A DNA stretch of 64,000 nt from Bryobacterales bacterium (GTDB lineage Bacteria > Acidobacteriota > Terriglobia > Bryobacterales > Bryobacteraceae): positions 712,026 to 776,025 of the forward strand of contig CAWEXX010000003.1 of the NCBI GenBank assembly GCA_963813145.1, given 5' to 3'. Shown piece after piece: positions 43,459 through 52,787 of the stretch (within the stretch, counting starts at the first letter, position 1; each line of letters starts with the position of its first letter). The notes under the pieces are model-generated. The model had not been told where the DNA came from. It ran no database searches and saw only the letters and a list, made by a program, of their open reading frames with translations. Both the position numbers and the translations under genes were made by a program.

Positions 43459-44349
43459 ATGGCGTCCGCCGAGGCGCCGGCCGAGCGGAAAGATCTGCCG
43501 TGGGGTGCCATCGCCTGGTTCGGCATTCTGCTGATCGCAGCCTATTTCCCCATCCTGAAGCACCTGGTGGAGCAGTGGTGGAACGATCCCGATGTCGGGC
43601 ATGGATTCTTCGTTCCACTGGTCGCCGGATATATCATTTGGCAGAGACGGGAACGGCTGGCGGAACTCCAATGGAAGCCGGCCTGGTGGGGCATCGCGGT
43701 GATGCTGTGGGGCGCGGTGCAGGCGTATATCGGAATGCTGGGAGCGGAGTTGTTTCTCCAGCGCACGGCGTTCCTGATCTCGTTGGTGGGACTCTTGCTG
43801 GTGTTGGGCGGGAAAGCGCTGGTGCGGGAGTTGACATTTCCGCTACTTCTGCTGCCGTTCATGATTCCCATTCCAACGGTGGTTTACAACAGGATTACGT
43901 TTCCGCTGCAACTTTTCGCCAGCCGCGTGGCGGAGAGCCTGTTGGGACTGCTCGACATTCCAGTCATCCGGGAGGGCAACGTGCTGGAGCTGGCGAGTCA
44001 AAAGCTATCCGTAGCGGAGGCTTGCAGCGGGATTCGCAGCCTGCTGTCGCTCTCCTTCCTGTCGCTGGTGTATGCCTACTTCTTCGACAGCAAAGTGTGG
44101 ATGCGGTGGGCGCTATTTCTGGGGATTATCCCGATCGCGATTCTGGCCAATGCCGGCCGCGTCACGGTGACTGGAATCCTGAGCGAATACAACACCGAGC
44201 TGGCCAAGGGATTCTTTCACGAACTGGAAGGCTTTATCATCTTCGCCATCGCGTTCGCGATGCTGTACATTCTGCATCTCCTGATAAACTGGATCTATCG
44301 CTGGGGAGTTTCCAAAGGGAAGTTTCCGAAAGAGGCTACCGTTGTTTAA
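43459..44349 (+). CDS. Exosortase (EpsH/Xrt family)
   Basis: ORF 43411..44349. The TTG at 43411 lies inside the -12 promoter element, so ATG 43459 (or 43429) is preferred. WNDPDVGHGFFVPL, VAEACSGIRSL and ILANAGRVTVTG motifs. Confidence 0.8.
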   Translation: MASAEAPAERKDLPWGAIAWFGILLIAAYFPILKHLVEQWWNDPDVGHGFFVPLVAGYIIWQRRERLAELQWKPAWWGIAVMLWGAVQAYIGMLGAELFLQRTAFLISLVGLLLVLGGKALVRELTFPLLLLPFMIPIPTVVYNRITFPLQLFASRVAESLLGLLDIPVIREGNVLELASQKLSVAEACSGIRSLLSLSFLSLVYAYFFDSKVWMRWALFLGIIPIAILANAGRVTVTGILSEYNTELAKGFFHELEGFIIFAIAFAMLYILHLLINWIYRWGVSKGKFPKEATVV

Positions 44350-44995
44350 GTTCCTGAATTCCACTCCTGCCCGCCTGGTGACCGTGTTCTTGCTGATCCA
44401 GACCGCGCTGCTGTACAGCTCTATCCGGCCCGAGTTCATTCCCACCAGCCGCTCTTTGTCACAGGTGCCGCAATCGTTCGGTTCCTGGACGATGGTGCAG
44501 GAAGGCTTTGTCGACAAGGAAACCATGGATGTGCTTAAGGCCGACGACACGCTGAACCGCGTCTACCGGAGCCCTTCTTCGGCAGCCGATGCGAGTCTGT
44601 TCGTGGCCGGGTTCCGGACGCAGCGGAATGGCAAATCGCCGCATTCCCCTAAGAACTGCCTGCCGGGGAGCGGATGGACGCAATTGAGCTCCGACGACTA
44701 CCCCATCGACGTGGGCCTGGCGGCTCCGATCGTGGTGAATCGCTACGTGATCGTGCATGGGCAGGAGCGGGAGATGGTGCTGTATTGGTATCAATCGCGC
44801 GACCGCGTGGTGGCGGACGAATTCAAAGCCAAGTTTTGGGTGGTCGCCGATGCGATGCGGCTGAATCGGACGGATACCGCGCTGGTGCGGGTGATTGTCC
44901 GGATCGATAATTCCGACGAAGCCGCGGCGACGCGTACGGGGGCTGAATTTGTGAAGGCGTTTTTCACCACGCTGCGCGGGTATTTGCCGGCGTAG
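44342..44995 (+). CDS. EpsI-family exosortase-associated protein
   Basis: 217-aa ORF with a TTG start overlapping the exosortase stop. HSPKNCLPGSGW and the YWYQSRDRVVADEF pattern. Confidence 0.75.
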   Translation: MFKFLNSTPARLVTVFLLIQTALLYSSIRPEFIPTSRSLSQVPQSFGSWTMVQEGFVDKETMDVLKADDTLNRVYRSPSSAADASLFVAGFRTQRNGKSPHSPKNCLPGSGWTQLSSDDYPIDVGLAAPIVVNRYVIVHGQEREMVLYWYQSRDRVVADEFKAKFWVVADAMRLNRTDTALVRVIVRIDNSDEAAATRTGAEFVKAFFTTLRGYLPA

Positions 44996-44997
44996 GC

Positions 44998-45075
44998 TGA
45001 ATGCTGATGAACGCGGATAAGACCATTTTTTCAATCGGCGTTCATCAGCGTTCATCGGCGGCCATTTTCAAAACT
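44998..45075. repeat. Family-B palindromic element (shorter copy)
   Basis: GCTGATGAACGCGGATAAGACC..GGCGTTCATCAGCGTTCATCGGCGGCC. Confidence 0.8.
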
Positions 45076-45541
45076 AAAAGTGCGCGGCAACGTCGCGCTG
45101 GTATTTTTCGATGGTCGCGGTGTGGCCCAGGATGAAACGGCTTACGAAGCGGAACAGCGGGTTATAGACTTCGCCGTTCTCGGTGATCGTGAATGAAGTT
45201 CCGGTTCCCTCGGGCGTCACTTCGTAAATCCAGCTTCCTCCGAAGGGCAGTTTGGGGTCGGCGATACGATTTACGATCTTTTTTGACGGGACGGTTTCGA
45301 CGCGCTCGTAAGTGATCGTGTCGCCGCTTTTATCTGTTTCGCGCCATTTTAGCGGCGATTTCGAGAGTAACTCGTATTTCATCCCGCGCCAATCGGAGGC
45401 ACCAGCGATGAGCGCGAATACGTCCTCCGGCGAAGCGCGAAGGACGACTTTCCGGCTGGCGACGTGCTCCTTGGGGAGCGCGTATCCGATCAGTACTACG
45501 GCGATGGGAACCATTACCACCGCGAAAATGATCCACTTCAT
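45074..45541 (-). CDS. SRPBCC/polyketide-cyclase-like protein with N-terminal TM anchor
   Basis: 155-aa ORF. ATGA overlap with the upstream MarR gene. Confidence 0.6.
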   Translation of the reverse strand: MKWIIFAVVMVPIAVVLIGYALPKEHVASRKVVLRASPEDVFALIAGASDWRGMKYELLSKSPLKWRETDKSGDTITYERVETVPSKKIVNRIADPKLPFGGSWIYEVTPEGTGTSFTITENGEVYNPLFRFVSRFILGHTATIEKYQRDVAAHF

Positions 45542-46023
45542 GCAGTCCTCCTGACCAACTCCTTAAATCGTCTCGATTCGATAAACTCCGCGGCCGCCTT
45601 CGCCAGCATTTCGAGTCCGGCCAGCGCGGTCGAGCGCTCCCGAGGCTTCATGCGGCCGAGCATCGCGGCTACCAGCTCGCGGTCGAGCACCGATTTTCGT
45701 TCCTTCACCCGGGCGCCATCTTTGGTGAGGCGGAGCGCGACTTTGCGCGCGTCCAGAGCATCGCGATCGCGCGTGACGAAACCGGCGCGGACCAGGCGGT
45801 CGATGGTCAGCGACATCGTCGAAGCCGTGACGCCCAGGTGCCTGGCCAGCGTCAGCGAGCTAGTGGGCTCCACTTCATCCAGATGGTCGAGGATCGAGGC
45901 CTGGTGGGCGCTGAGGCGCTGGTTGGTCTCCTCATCCTGCACATGGCGCGTGTGGCAGGCGAAATAGATCTTGGGGTAGCTCGCCATGAGGCTCGAAATC
46001 TGCTGGGCGATCACGAATTTCAT
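45538..46023 (-). CDS. MarR-family transcriptional regulator
   Basis: 161-aa ORF with a winged HTH (LARHLGVTASTMSLTIDRLVRAGFVTRDRD..D.R). Confidence 0.85.
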   Translation of the reverse strand: MKFVIAQQISSLMASYPKIYFACHTRHVQDEETNQRLSAHQASILDHLDEVEPTSSLTLARHLGVTASTMSLTIDRLVRAGFVTRDRDALDARKVALRLTKDGARVKERKSVLDRELVAAMLGRMKPRERSTALAGLEMLAKAAAEFIESRRFKELVRRTA

Positions 46024-46038
46024 TGTAGGACCATTTAC

Positions 46039-46057
46039 TTTGATTAGTCAAATCAAA
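46039..46057. promoter_or_regulatory. Palindrome, candidate MarR operator
   Basis: TTTGATT-AGTCA-AATCAAA, 16 bp upstream of the MarR start codon. Confidence 0.45.
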
Positions 46058-46094
46058 TAGTACGCGGGCCACGGCTGCGGGTAGACTAAATCTC

Positions 46095-47345
46095 ATGAAT
46101 CGACGCAATGCCCTGGTCACCAGCGCGAGTCTGTTCGGTGTCCCGTGGCAAAAGGTCATGGGCGCTGCCACGCCGCCTCTACCCGACGACAAGCTGTTCG
46201 CACACGATCCGGAAACCTATTGGACGCGGATGCGCGAGGAGCAGTTCTTTTTGCCAAAATGGCGCTCCTTCTTGAACAACGGAAGCCTGGGCGTGATGCC
46301 CCGGCCGGTGTATCACGCGGTGGCGAAGTACATGGAAGACGCCGCGGGGCTCGAAACGCCGTATCCGTATCCACGTTGGGGCTACGAAACGCTGGACGAT
46401 GAGCGGGAGGAGCTTTCGAAATTCCTGGGCTGTAAAAAAGACGAGTTGGCGCTAATGCACAACGCGACCGAGGCGCTGACCACGGTGGCCTCGGGCCTGG
46501 ATCTCAAGGCCGGCGACGAAGTGCTGATGACGAATCTGGAGCATACATCCGGCAAAGCATGCTGGGAAGCGAAGCGCGCCCGCTACGGGATTACGATTCG
46601 CGAAGTGAACATTCCCTTGCCGCCGAAGGATCCAGGACAATTGGCGGACCTGATGATCTCAGCCATCGGTCCCAAGACGAAGGTATTGAGTTTCAGCGGC
46701 ATTCTCAGTGCCACGGGCACAGTGATGCCGATTCGCGAGATTTGCGACGCTGCGCGCGCGAAGGGCGTGCTGACATTGGTGGACGGCGCGCACATGCACG
46801 GGCAGATGGCGGTGAAGCTCTCCGACCTGCATTGCGATTTCTTTGCCGGGAGTCCGCACAAATGGATGTTCGCGCCGGCGGGCTCGGGAATTCTGTATAT
46901 ACGCGAAGAGAATCTGGACCGCTTGTGGCCGCTGAACGTTACGGGCGGGTGGGACGATAAATCTCTGAAGGCCGGCCGATTCATGAGGCAGGGCACGAAC
47001 AATCGGGCGATTTTCGTCGGCATGATCGCGGGATTGCGGTTTGCGCAAGCGGTCGGGCCGGAGCGGATCTACGCGCGCATTCACCAGATGGCGCGGCGCA
47101 CATATGACCGGGCGGCCAAAGTGCCTTCGATCGAATTGCTGTCCGCGAGCGACGACCGCATGTACGCCGGCCTCGTGTGTATCAAGTTCAAGAAAGACGC
47201 GAGCGCCGTATGGCAGGAGACCGGGAAGCGCAAGATTTTTGTCAGCGGAGGGCAGCAGGTGCGGCTCTCGTCGCACATCCACACTCGTCCGCAGGACATC
47301 GACGAACTGTTCGACATTATTGAATCAAAAATGGGTAAAGCATGA
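46095..47345 (+). CDS. Class-V aminotransferase-fold PLP enzyme with Tat-like signal
   Basis: 416-aa ORF. N-terminal MNRRNALVTSASLFG and a PLP-lysine context SPHKWMFAP. Confidence 0.75.
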   Translation: MNRRNALVTSASLFGVPWQKVMGAATPPLPDDKLFAHDPETYWTRMREEQFFLPKWRSFLNNGSLGVMPRPVYHAVAKYMEDAAGLETPYPYPRWGYETLDDEREELSKFLGCKKDELALMHNATEALTTVASGLDLKAGDEVLMTNLEHTSGKACWEAKRARYGITIREVNIPLPPKDPGQLADLMISAIGPKTKVLSFSGILSATGTVMPIREICDAARAKGVLTLVDGAHMHGQMAVKLSDLHCDFFAGSPHKWMFAPAGSGILYIREENLDRLWPLNVTGGWDDKSLKAGRFMRQGTNNRAIFVGMIAGLRFAQAVGPERIYARIHQMARRTYDRAAKVPSIELLSASDDRMYAGLVCIKFKKDASAVWQETGKRKIFVSGGQQVRLSSHIHTRPQDIDELFDIIESKMGKA

Positions 47346-48547
47346 AACACATTGTTCTCTATAGCCTCGTCGCTGTAGCGTTCGCAGCAGATCCCAAGTT
47401 GACCGATCTGGCCCACGATGCAACGCAGCTTCGTTCGACTCTCAAAGCGGATGATTTGAAGAAAGGGTTCGCCTATGTCAGCGATCACGAGCAGGTGTTG
47501 TTCGCGATCGAGACCGACAAGCCGCCGCAACTGGTAACCGACGATGACAAGCCGGTTCCGATGACGAAGGTCGAAGGGCAGTTGTGGACTGCGGTGGCGC
47601 GGCTGACTCCGGGGCGCTCGCATCAGTTTCACTACGTGATCGACGGAGCTGCGTTCGGCGGGCGGCTGGATATACCTGTGTTCATGCCGTCGTCCTATCA
47701 GCAGGCGGGCGTGCCGGAAGGCAAGATGTCGGAGAAGCTGGTGCATTCGAGCAAAGTCTACGACGGGATGCAGAGCGATTACTGGATCTACGTTCCGGCG
47801 CAGTACGATCCGGCGAAACCGGCTGCGCTGATGGTCTGGCAGGACGGGCAGGGCCACATCGCGCGCAACGGGCGGAGGACTTTGAACGCGTTGGACAATC
47901 TGACGTATCAGAAGCGCATTCCGGTGATGATCAGTGTGTTCATTTCGCCTGGCAAGGTGGGCGACAAGGCGATGCGCAGTATCGAATACGACACGATGAA
48001 CGATACGTACGTTCACTTTCTGGACGAGCTGCTTGCCGGCGTGTACGCGCAATACAACATCCGAAAAGACGCATACAGTCACGCGATCGAGGGCGACTCG
48101 TCGGGAGGGATTTGCTCGTTCAACGCGGCCTGGACGCATCCGGAGGAATTTTCGCGCGTGCTTTCGACCATCGGGAGTTTCACGAGCATCCAGTGGCATC
48201 CGGGGCAGATCGACGGCGGGAACGTGTACCCGAACAAGATCCGGAAAGAAGCCAAGCGAAATATCCGAGTCTATTTGCAGGATGGCAGCGAGGATCTGGA
48301 GAACGATCATGGAAGCTGGCCTCTGCAAAATATCCAGATGGCCAATTCACTCAAGATGAAGGACTACGATTTTCACCTGGCGTTCGGGAACGGATCGCAT
48401 AACGGGTCCGATGCGAATTCACAAATGCCGATGGCGCTGGCGTGGCTGTGGCGCGAGTACGATCCGAATAAGACCGAGCAGAATTACGAACAGGAAGCGG
48501 CGGAGAAGGCGAAGCCGATGTTCCGGGTCCACATTTATAATCGGTAA
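47342..48547 (+). CDS. Secreted esterase (enterochelin-esterase-like alpha/beta hydrolase)
   Basis: 401-aa ORF with a signal peptide. YWIYVPAQYDP and nucleophile elbow GDSSGG. ATGA overlap with the upstream gene. Confidence 0.7.
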   Translation: MKHIVLYSLVAVAFAADPKLTDLAHDATQLRSTLKADDLKKGFAYVSDHEQVLFAIETDKPPQLVTDDDKPVPMTKVEGQLWTAVARLTPGRSHQFHYVIDGAAFGGRLDIPVFMPSSYQQAGVPEGKMSEKLVHSSKVYDGMQSDYWIYVPAQYDPAKPAALMVWQDGQGHIARNGRRTLNALDNLTYQKRIPVMISVFISPGKVGDKAMRSIEYDTMNDTYVHFLDELLAGVYAQYNIRKDAYSHAIEGDSSGGICSFNAAWTHPEEFSRVLSTIGSFTSIQWHPGQIDGGNVYPNKIRKEAKRNIRVYLQDGSEDLENDHGSWPLQNIQMANSLKMKDYDFHLAFGNGSHNGSDANSQMPMALAWLWREYDPNKTEQNYEQEAAEKAKPMFRVHIYNR

Positions 48548-48575
48548 CTGCGCCGCTCCTCTTTTAGCCGATCGC

Positions 48576-48680
48576 TTTTGTGGCGCGCGCCTCCAGGCGT
48601 GCCGCGTCGGCAGTCATGCCGACGGCTGGAGATGTCGAGACGACTCTCGACACGGCACGCCTGGAGGCGTACGCCACAAG
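48576..48680. repeat. Family-C palindromic element, full copy
   Basis: CTTTTGTGGCGCGCGCCTCCAGGCGTGCCG..CGGCACGCCTGGAGGCGTACGCCACAAG, with two internal hairpins. Confidence 0.85.
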
Positions 48681-48704
48681 TTCCCAGGGTTCTTAATCAA
48701 GCGG

Positions 48705-49352
48705 TTAGACTGTCTGGCCGGACGACGCCATTGCGCTGCGCTTTTTCCGGCGTTCCAGCCTGAGAAGTTCGCGGCGTCGGCGGAGCTTAACCTGATCGTC
48801 CACTCGACGCCAGAAGGTGCGGAAATAGTCGGCGGCGGAGGCGATGCCGAACAGCATTACTACCCACATGCCGATCGTCGCGGGCTCCTTTAGCCACGGC
48901 CAGCGGATGCTGCCGATCACCAGGGCGATCGCGGTAACTTGCGCCGCCATTTTCGTCTTTCCCAGGTCGCTGGCGGCGATGGTGTAGCCGCCTGACGAGG
49001 CGATCGAGCGCAGTCCGGACACGGCGAATTCGCGGCCGATGATCAGGATCACCATCCAGGCCGGGACGCGATGAATATCCACCAGTGAGACCAGGGCCGC
49101 CGAAATCAGAAGCTTGTCGGCGATGGGGTCGAGCAGGGTACCGACGGTGGTCACCTGGCCCAGGCGCCGGGCGAGATAGCCGTCGAGCAGATCCGTCACC
49201 GCAGCCGCGAGGAACACGCCCAAAGCAAAGATTTCACGCGAGATAGGGATCCAGGCATCCCAATTCACGCTGGTGCCGTCGGCCAGCAGGGCCGCCACCA
49301 GCAGAGGCACGAGGAAGATGCGCGCCAGCGTGAGTATATTGGGCAGATTCAT
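48705..49352 (-). CDS. pgsA: CDP-diacylglycerol--glycerol-3-phosphate 3-phosphatidyltransferase
   Basis: 215-aa ORF. NILTLARIFLVP and the CDP-alcohol motif DLLDGYLARR..G..LDPIADK. Confidence 0.9.
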   Translation of the reverse strand: MNLPNILTLARIFLVPLLVAALLADGTSVNWDAWIPISREIFALGVFLAAAVTDLLDGYLARRLGQVTTVGTLLDPIADKLLISAALVSLVDIHRVPAWMVILIIGREFAVSGLRSIASSGGYTIAASDLGKTKMAAQVTAIALVIGSIRWPWLKEPATIGMWVVMLFGIASAADYFRTFWRRVDDQVKLRRRRELLRLERRKKRSAMASSGQTV

Positions 49353-49365
49353 CCCGATTCTAAAA

Positions 49366-49923
49366 TCATAACCTACTAGGTTCCGGCTTCCAATCTTTTT
49401 TAAGCATGGCGAAGTGACGGAGATCGTGAAAGCGGCCGTGGAGCAGCTGGGCCTCGCGGGCCAGGCCTTCTTCAGCGAACCCCAGCCGCTCGGCCACGGC
49501 GCAGCTTTTTTCGTTGCCCCGGGCGCAGTGAATGGCCACCCGGTTGAGCTCTATCTCGTCGAAAAGATGGGTCACAACGGCCCGGCAGGCCGCCGTCATG
49601 ATGCCCTTGCCCTGAAAATATCGGCCGAGCCAGTAGCCGACTTCGCCCTTGCGATTCAGCCAATCGAGCTGGTGGGTGCCGATGACGCCGCAGAACTGCC
49701 GGTCGGTCCAGATACCGGCCACGAAGCCTTTATTCGACGCGAATTGTTCCAGGGACGATTTGATGAAACTGACGGTATCGTCCTGCGTCTGGGTCGCGTC
49801 GACCCAGGGGAGCCACTCGCGCAAATAGTCGCGATCCGAATCGACCAGGCCGAAGACTTGGGCGGCGTGGCGCTCCTCAAGCAATTGCAAATAGACGTTT
49901 TCGCGTACGTGAGCCCGAAACAT
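49366..49923 (-). CDS. GNAT N-acetyltransferase (RimJ/RimL-like)
   Basis: 185-aa ORF. YWLGRYFQGKGIMT..A and NEKSCAVAERLGF. Confidence 0.8.
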   Translation of the reverse strand: MFRAHVRENVYLQLLEERHAAQVFGLVDSDRDYLREWLPWVDATQTQDDTVSFIKSSLEQFASNKGFVAGIWTDRQFCGVIGTHQLDWLNRKGEVGYWLGRYFQGKGIMTAACRAVVTHLFDEIELNRVAIHCARGNEKSCAVAERLGFAEEGLAREAQLLHGRFHDLRHFAMLKKDWKPEPSRL

Positions 49924-49952
49924 GGCTCATTGTAACGTGCTAGCCCCATGCG

Positions 49953-51281
49953 TCAGCGTGGGGCTACAACAACCAGATATTTCTCAAGCCGTCGCTTAAT
50001 CGACGCCGGGGTGAGCGCCTCCACTTCACAGGATTCACCCGTATAGCGCGTGGCGGTCACGCGGCCGTGCTCGTGCAACAGGTGCAGCGGAGTTCCTTCT
50101 GCGATGGGAAAATGGAACACGCAAGCCGAAACAGGATCGACGGCCAATGTTTCATCGATTTTCTTGAGCAGCGCCTCAAATCCTTCGCCGGTGAGCGCGG
50201 AAATCGCAACTGCGCCGGCGGGCTGATGGTCGGGATCGCTGAGGATCCGCCGGGCGATGGAGGCAGTGTCCGGATCGCCGGGAATCTTATCCACTTTGTT
50301 CAACACCAGGATTTGCGGCGTTGACGCGGCGCCGATTTCGGTCAAAGTTGCCAGAACGTGGGCGGTTTGCAGCGCGGCTTCGGGCGAGCTGGCATCGACC
50401 ACGTGCAGCAGTACTTCAGCCTCGACCACTTCTTCGAGCGTCGCGCGGAACGCCTTCACCAGGGTCGTGGGGAGATTGCGGATGAAGCCGACGGTATCGC
50501 TCATCAGGGCTTTGCGATGCGACGGCAGCGTCACGTGCCGCACGGTGGGGTCGAGGGTCGCGAACATCTTCGCGTCGGCCAGTACGTGGGCGCCGGTCAG
50601 TCGGTTGAACAAGGTGGATTTACCGGCGTTGGTGTAGCCGACCAGGGCGATGGTCGCGAGCGGAACGGCCTGTCGCTGTTGACGCTGCGTGGTGCGGCCG
50701 CCGCGCACGCGGTCGAGCGACCGGTTGATCGCGGAGATCCGTTGATGAATCCTGCGGCGGTCGGTTTCGAGCTTGGTTTCGCCGGGACCACGGGTCCCGA
50801 TACCGCCTCCCAGCCGCGACATCGCTGCGCCGTGGCCGGTCAGCCGGGGCAGCAGATAATTCAACTGGGCGAGCTCGACTTGCAGCTTTCCTTCCCGGGT
50901 GCGGGCGCGGCGCGCGAAAATATCCAGGATCAGCTGCGTGCGGTCCAGGACCTTGACGTCGAGAATTTTTTCGAGGTTGCGCTGCTGGGTGGGCGATAGC
51001 TCGCGGTCGAAGATGACCGTGGTGGCTTCGTGGAAGAGAACTTGCGCCTTGAGTTCGTCCACTTTGCCGGAGCCGACGAAGGTGGCCGAATCCACTTTGG
51101 GGCGGGATTGAATTTGCCGTTCGGCAATGCGCGCCCCGGCCGACGTCGCCAACGCGGCGAGCTCCTCCATCGAATCCTCGGCGCTGATGAGCTCCGCTCC
51201 AGCCACCGTCGGAGTCCGCTGCGCGGAGCGCCCGGTCAGGTGCAGGCCGACAAGAATCGCTATTTCTTCGCCGATTGGCAA
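49953..51281 (-). CDS. hflX: GTPase HflX
   Basis: 442-aa ORF with a TTG start. VGYTNAGKSTLFNRLT, DTVGFI and NKVD. Confidence 0.93.
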   Translation of the reverse strand: MPIGEEIAILVGLHLTGRSAQRTPTVAGAELISAEDSMEELAALATSAGARIAERQIQSRPKVDSATFVGSGKVDELKAQVLFHEATTVIFDRELSPTQQRNLEKILDVKVLDRTQLILDIFARRARTREGKLQVELAQLNYLLPRLTGHGAAMSRLGGGIGTRGPGETKLETDRRRIHQRISAINRSLDRVRGGRTTQRQQRQAVPLATIALVGYTNAGKSTLFNRLTGAHVLADAKMFATLDPTVRHVTLPSHRKALMSDTVGFIRNLPTTLVKAFRATLEEVVEAEVLLHVVDASSPEAALQTAHVLATLTEIGAASTPQILVLNKVDKIPGDPDTASIARRILSDPDHQPAGAVAISALTGEGFEALLKKIDETLAVDPVSACVFHFPIAEGTPLHLLHEHGRVTATRYTGESCEVEALTPASIKRRLEKYLVVVAPR

Positions 51282-51290
51282 ATGGTTGCG

Positions 51291-51578
51291 TTATTCCGAA
51301 TCTGTTACAGGAACGCCCGGAGCCGCGTGAACACTCGCCGAAGCCGAGTTCGAATGTGCAGGAGTATGGAACGGTTTCGAAACGACAACCGTCGAAATTG
51401 CGTGCTTGAAAATCAGTTGCTCCTGATTGTTCGTTTCCAGAATCACCGAGTACTTATCGAAACTCTTGATGCGACCTGAAAGCTTCACCCCGCTCATCAA
51501 GTATATGGTCAGGAACGTCTTATCTTTTCGGGCATTGTTAAGAAATGCCTCTTGTATGTTTTGGGCCTGCTTCTCCAT
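51291..51578 (-). CDS. hfq: RNA chaperone Hfq
   Basis: ORF 51291..51593 trimmed to ATG 51578, which is preceded by an [60 protein letters not shown]. Confidence 0.95.
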   Translation of the reverse strand: MEKQAQNIQEAFLNNARKDKTFLTIYLMSGVKLSGRIKSFDKYSVILETNNQEQLIFKHAISTVVVSKPFHTPAHSNSASASVHAAPGVPVTDSE

Positions 51579-51640
51579 GGGAGCTTCCTTCATAAAATAA
51601 ATGGATCAGCCGATCAACTATTCTACCTCTTCGTCACGAT

Positions 51641-52699
51641 TTATTCACGCTCGATTTGCACCAGGGTCTCCCGCTGGGGCGCGAGCAGCCGCCGGGGCAG
51701 TTTCGCGCCGTAAACCAACCGTTCGATCACTGGCACCACGCGGCGGACCCACTTCCCGTGCAGGACCAGGCTGCCCGCCACCAAAACAGGATGCGGGATG
51801 GCCACGCAGCAGCGCGCGCACATGTCTATCTCTCCGGCTTTTCCTTCGGCATGCAAACGGCGCAGACGGCGCATGGGCTCGGAATTATTGATCTGATCCA
51901 GCGTTTCGTCCGGCAGGCGGCCCACCGGCTCGCCGTCGAGCATATAGCTCTGGCAGCAGGGGAACACGCGGCCGTCCTGCTTGACGTACATCGGGCCGCG
52001 CCACAGATAGTGGCAAGCTCTCGATCCCGCACCGGTGCGAACCGCTTCCGGTTGGAGCACGTTGGTCTCGTCCTCCTTAATGCGGACTTGGTCGACGCCG
52101 GGGACGGAGCTCCAGAAGCGCTTGAAATCCTCGACTTCGCGCGCGTTGTTCTGCATGCGGACCATTTGTACCACTATCTGCATGTTGCTGTTTCTTTGGT
52201 CCTTTAAGGCGGCGAAGCGCACGAAATTGGCGCGTACCCGTTCAAATTTGGCGCCTTTTCGATACTGCTCGAAGGATTCCTTCGTGGCTCCGTCGAAGCT
52301 CAAGGTAATGTGCGAGAGGGGGGTCGCCAACAGCTTTTCCGCGGCTGCGCCTTCGAGCAGGACGCCATTGGTCGATAGCAGCGTCGAAATTCCGTGGCGC
52401 TCGCAATACTCGATGCGATCGAAGATTTTCGGGTCGAGCAACGGCTCGCCCAGCCCGATCAGCATCATGTGTTCGCCGGTACGAGCCGCGCCCTTGATCA
52501 ACGCATCGAAAACCGCTTCGCTCATGTCCTCTTTGGGTTGAGGATGCGTTTCGCGGGGGCACATGGGGCAGTACAGGTTACACTTGGCCGTCGTTTCGAC
52601 GATATACTCCACCGGCAGCGCGGGCACACGTTCGCGCCGGAGGAGATAGGACCACAGAAGCTTGGCGCGATTAATAAGCCGCATGCGCCTCTTCATCAT
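51641..52699 (-). CDS. Radical SAM enzyme with SPASM-like C-terminal Cys cluster
   Basis: 352-aa ORF. CNLYCPMC (CxxxCxxC), and C-terminal CHYLW..VFPCCQS..CARCC. Confidence 0.8.
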   Translation of the reverse strand: MMKRRMRLINRAKLLWSYLLRRERVPALPVEYIVETTAKCNLYCPMCPRETHPQPKEDMSEAVFDALIKGAARTGEHMMLIGLGEPLLDPKIFDRIEYCERHGISTLLSTNGVLLEGAAAEKLLATPLSHITLSFDGATKESFEQYRKGAKFERVRANFVRFAALKDQRNSNMQIVVQMVRMQNNAREVEDFKRFWSSVPGVDQVRIKEDETNVLQPEAVRTGAGSRACHYLWRGPMYVKQDGRVFPCCQSYMLDGEPVGRLPDETLDQINNSEPMRRLRRLHAEGKAGEIDMCARCCVAIPHPVLVAGSLVLHGKWVRRVVPVIERLVYGAKLPRRLLAPQRETLVQIERE

Positions 52700-52787
52700 C
52701 TCACTAAGAACGGGCCCCGAAGGTGCCCGAAGGGACAGCCTGACGCGACTCCTTGCTGAATAACCAAAGAGGCGACTGCTACTGACG

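Noticed and set aside
47081-48328. 415-aa ORF on the minus strand
   Set aside because: Antisense to the aminotransferase and esterase genes. Low-complexity Arg/His/Pro-rich translation.
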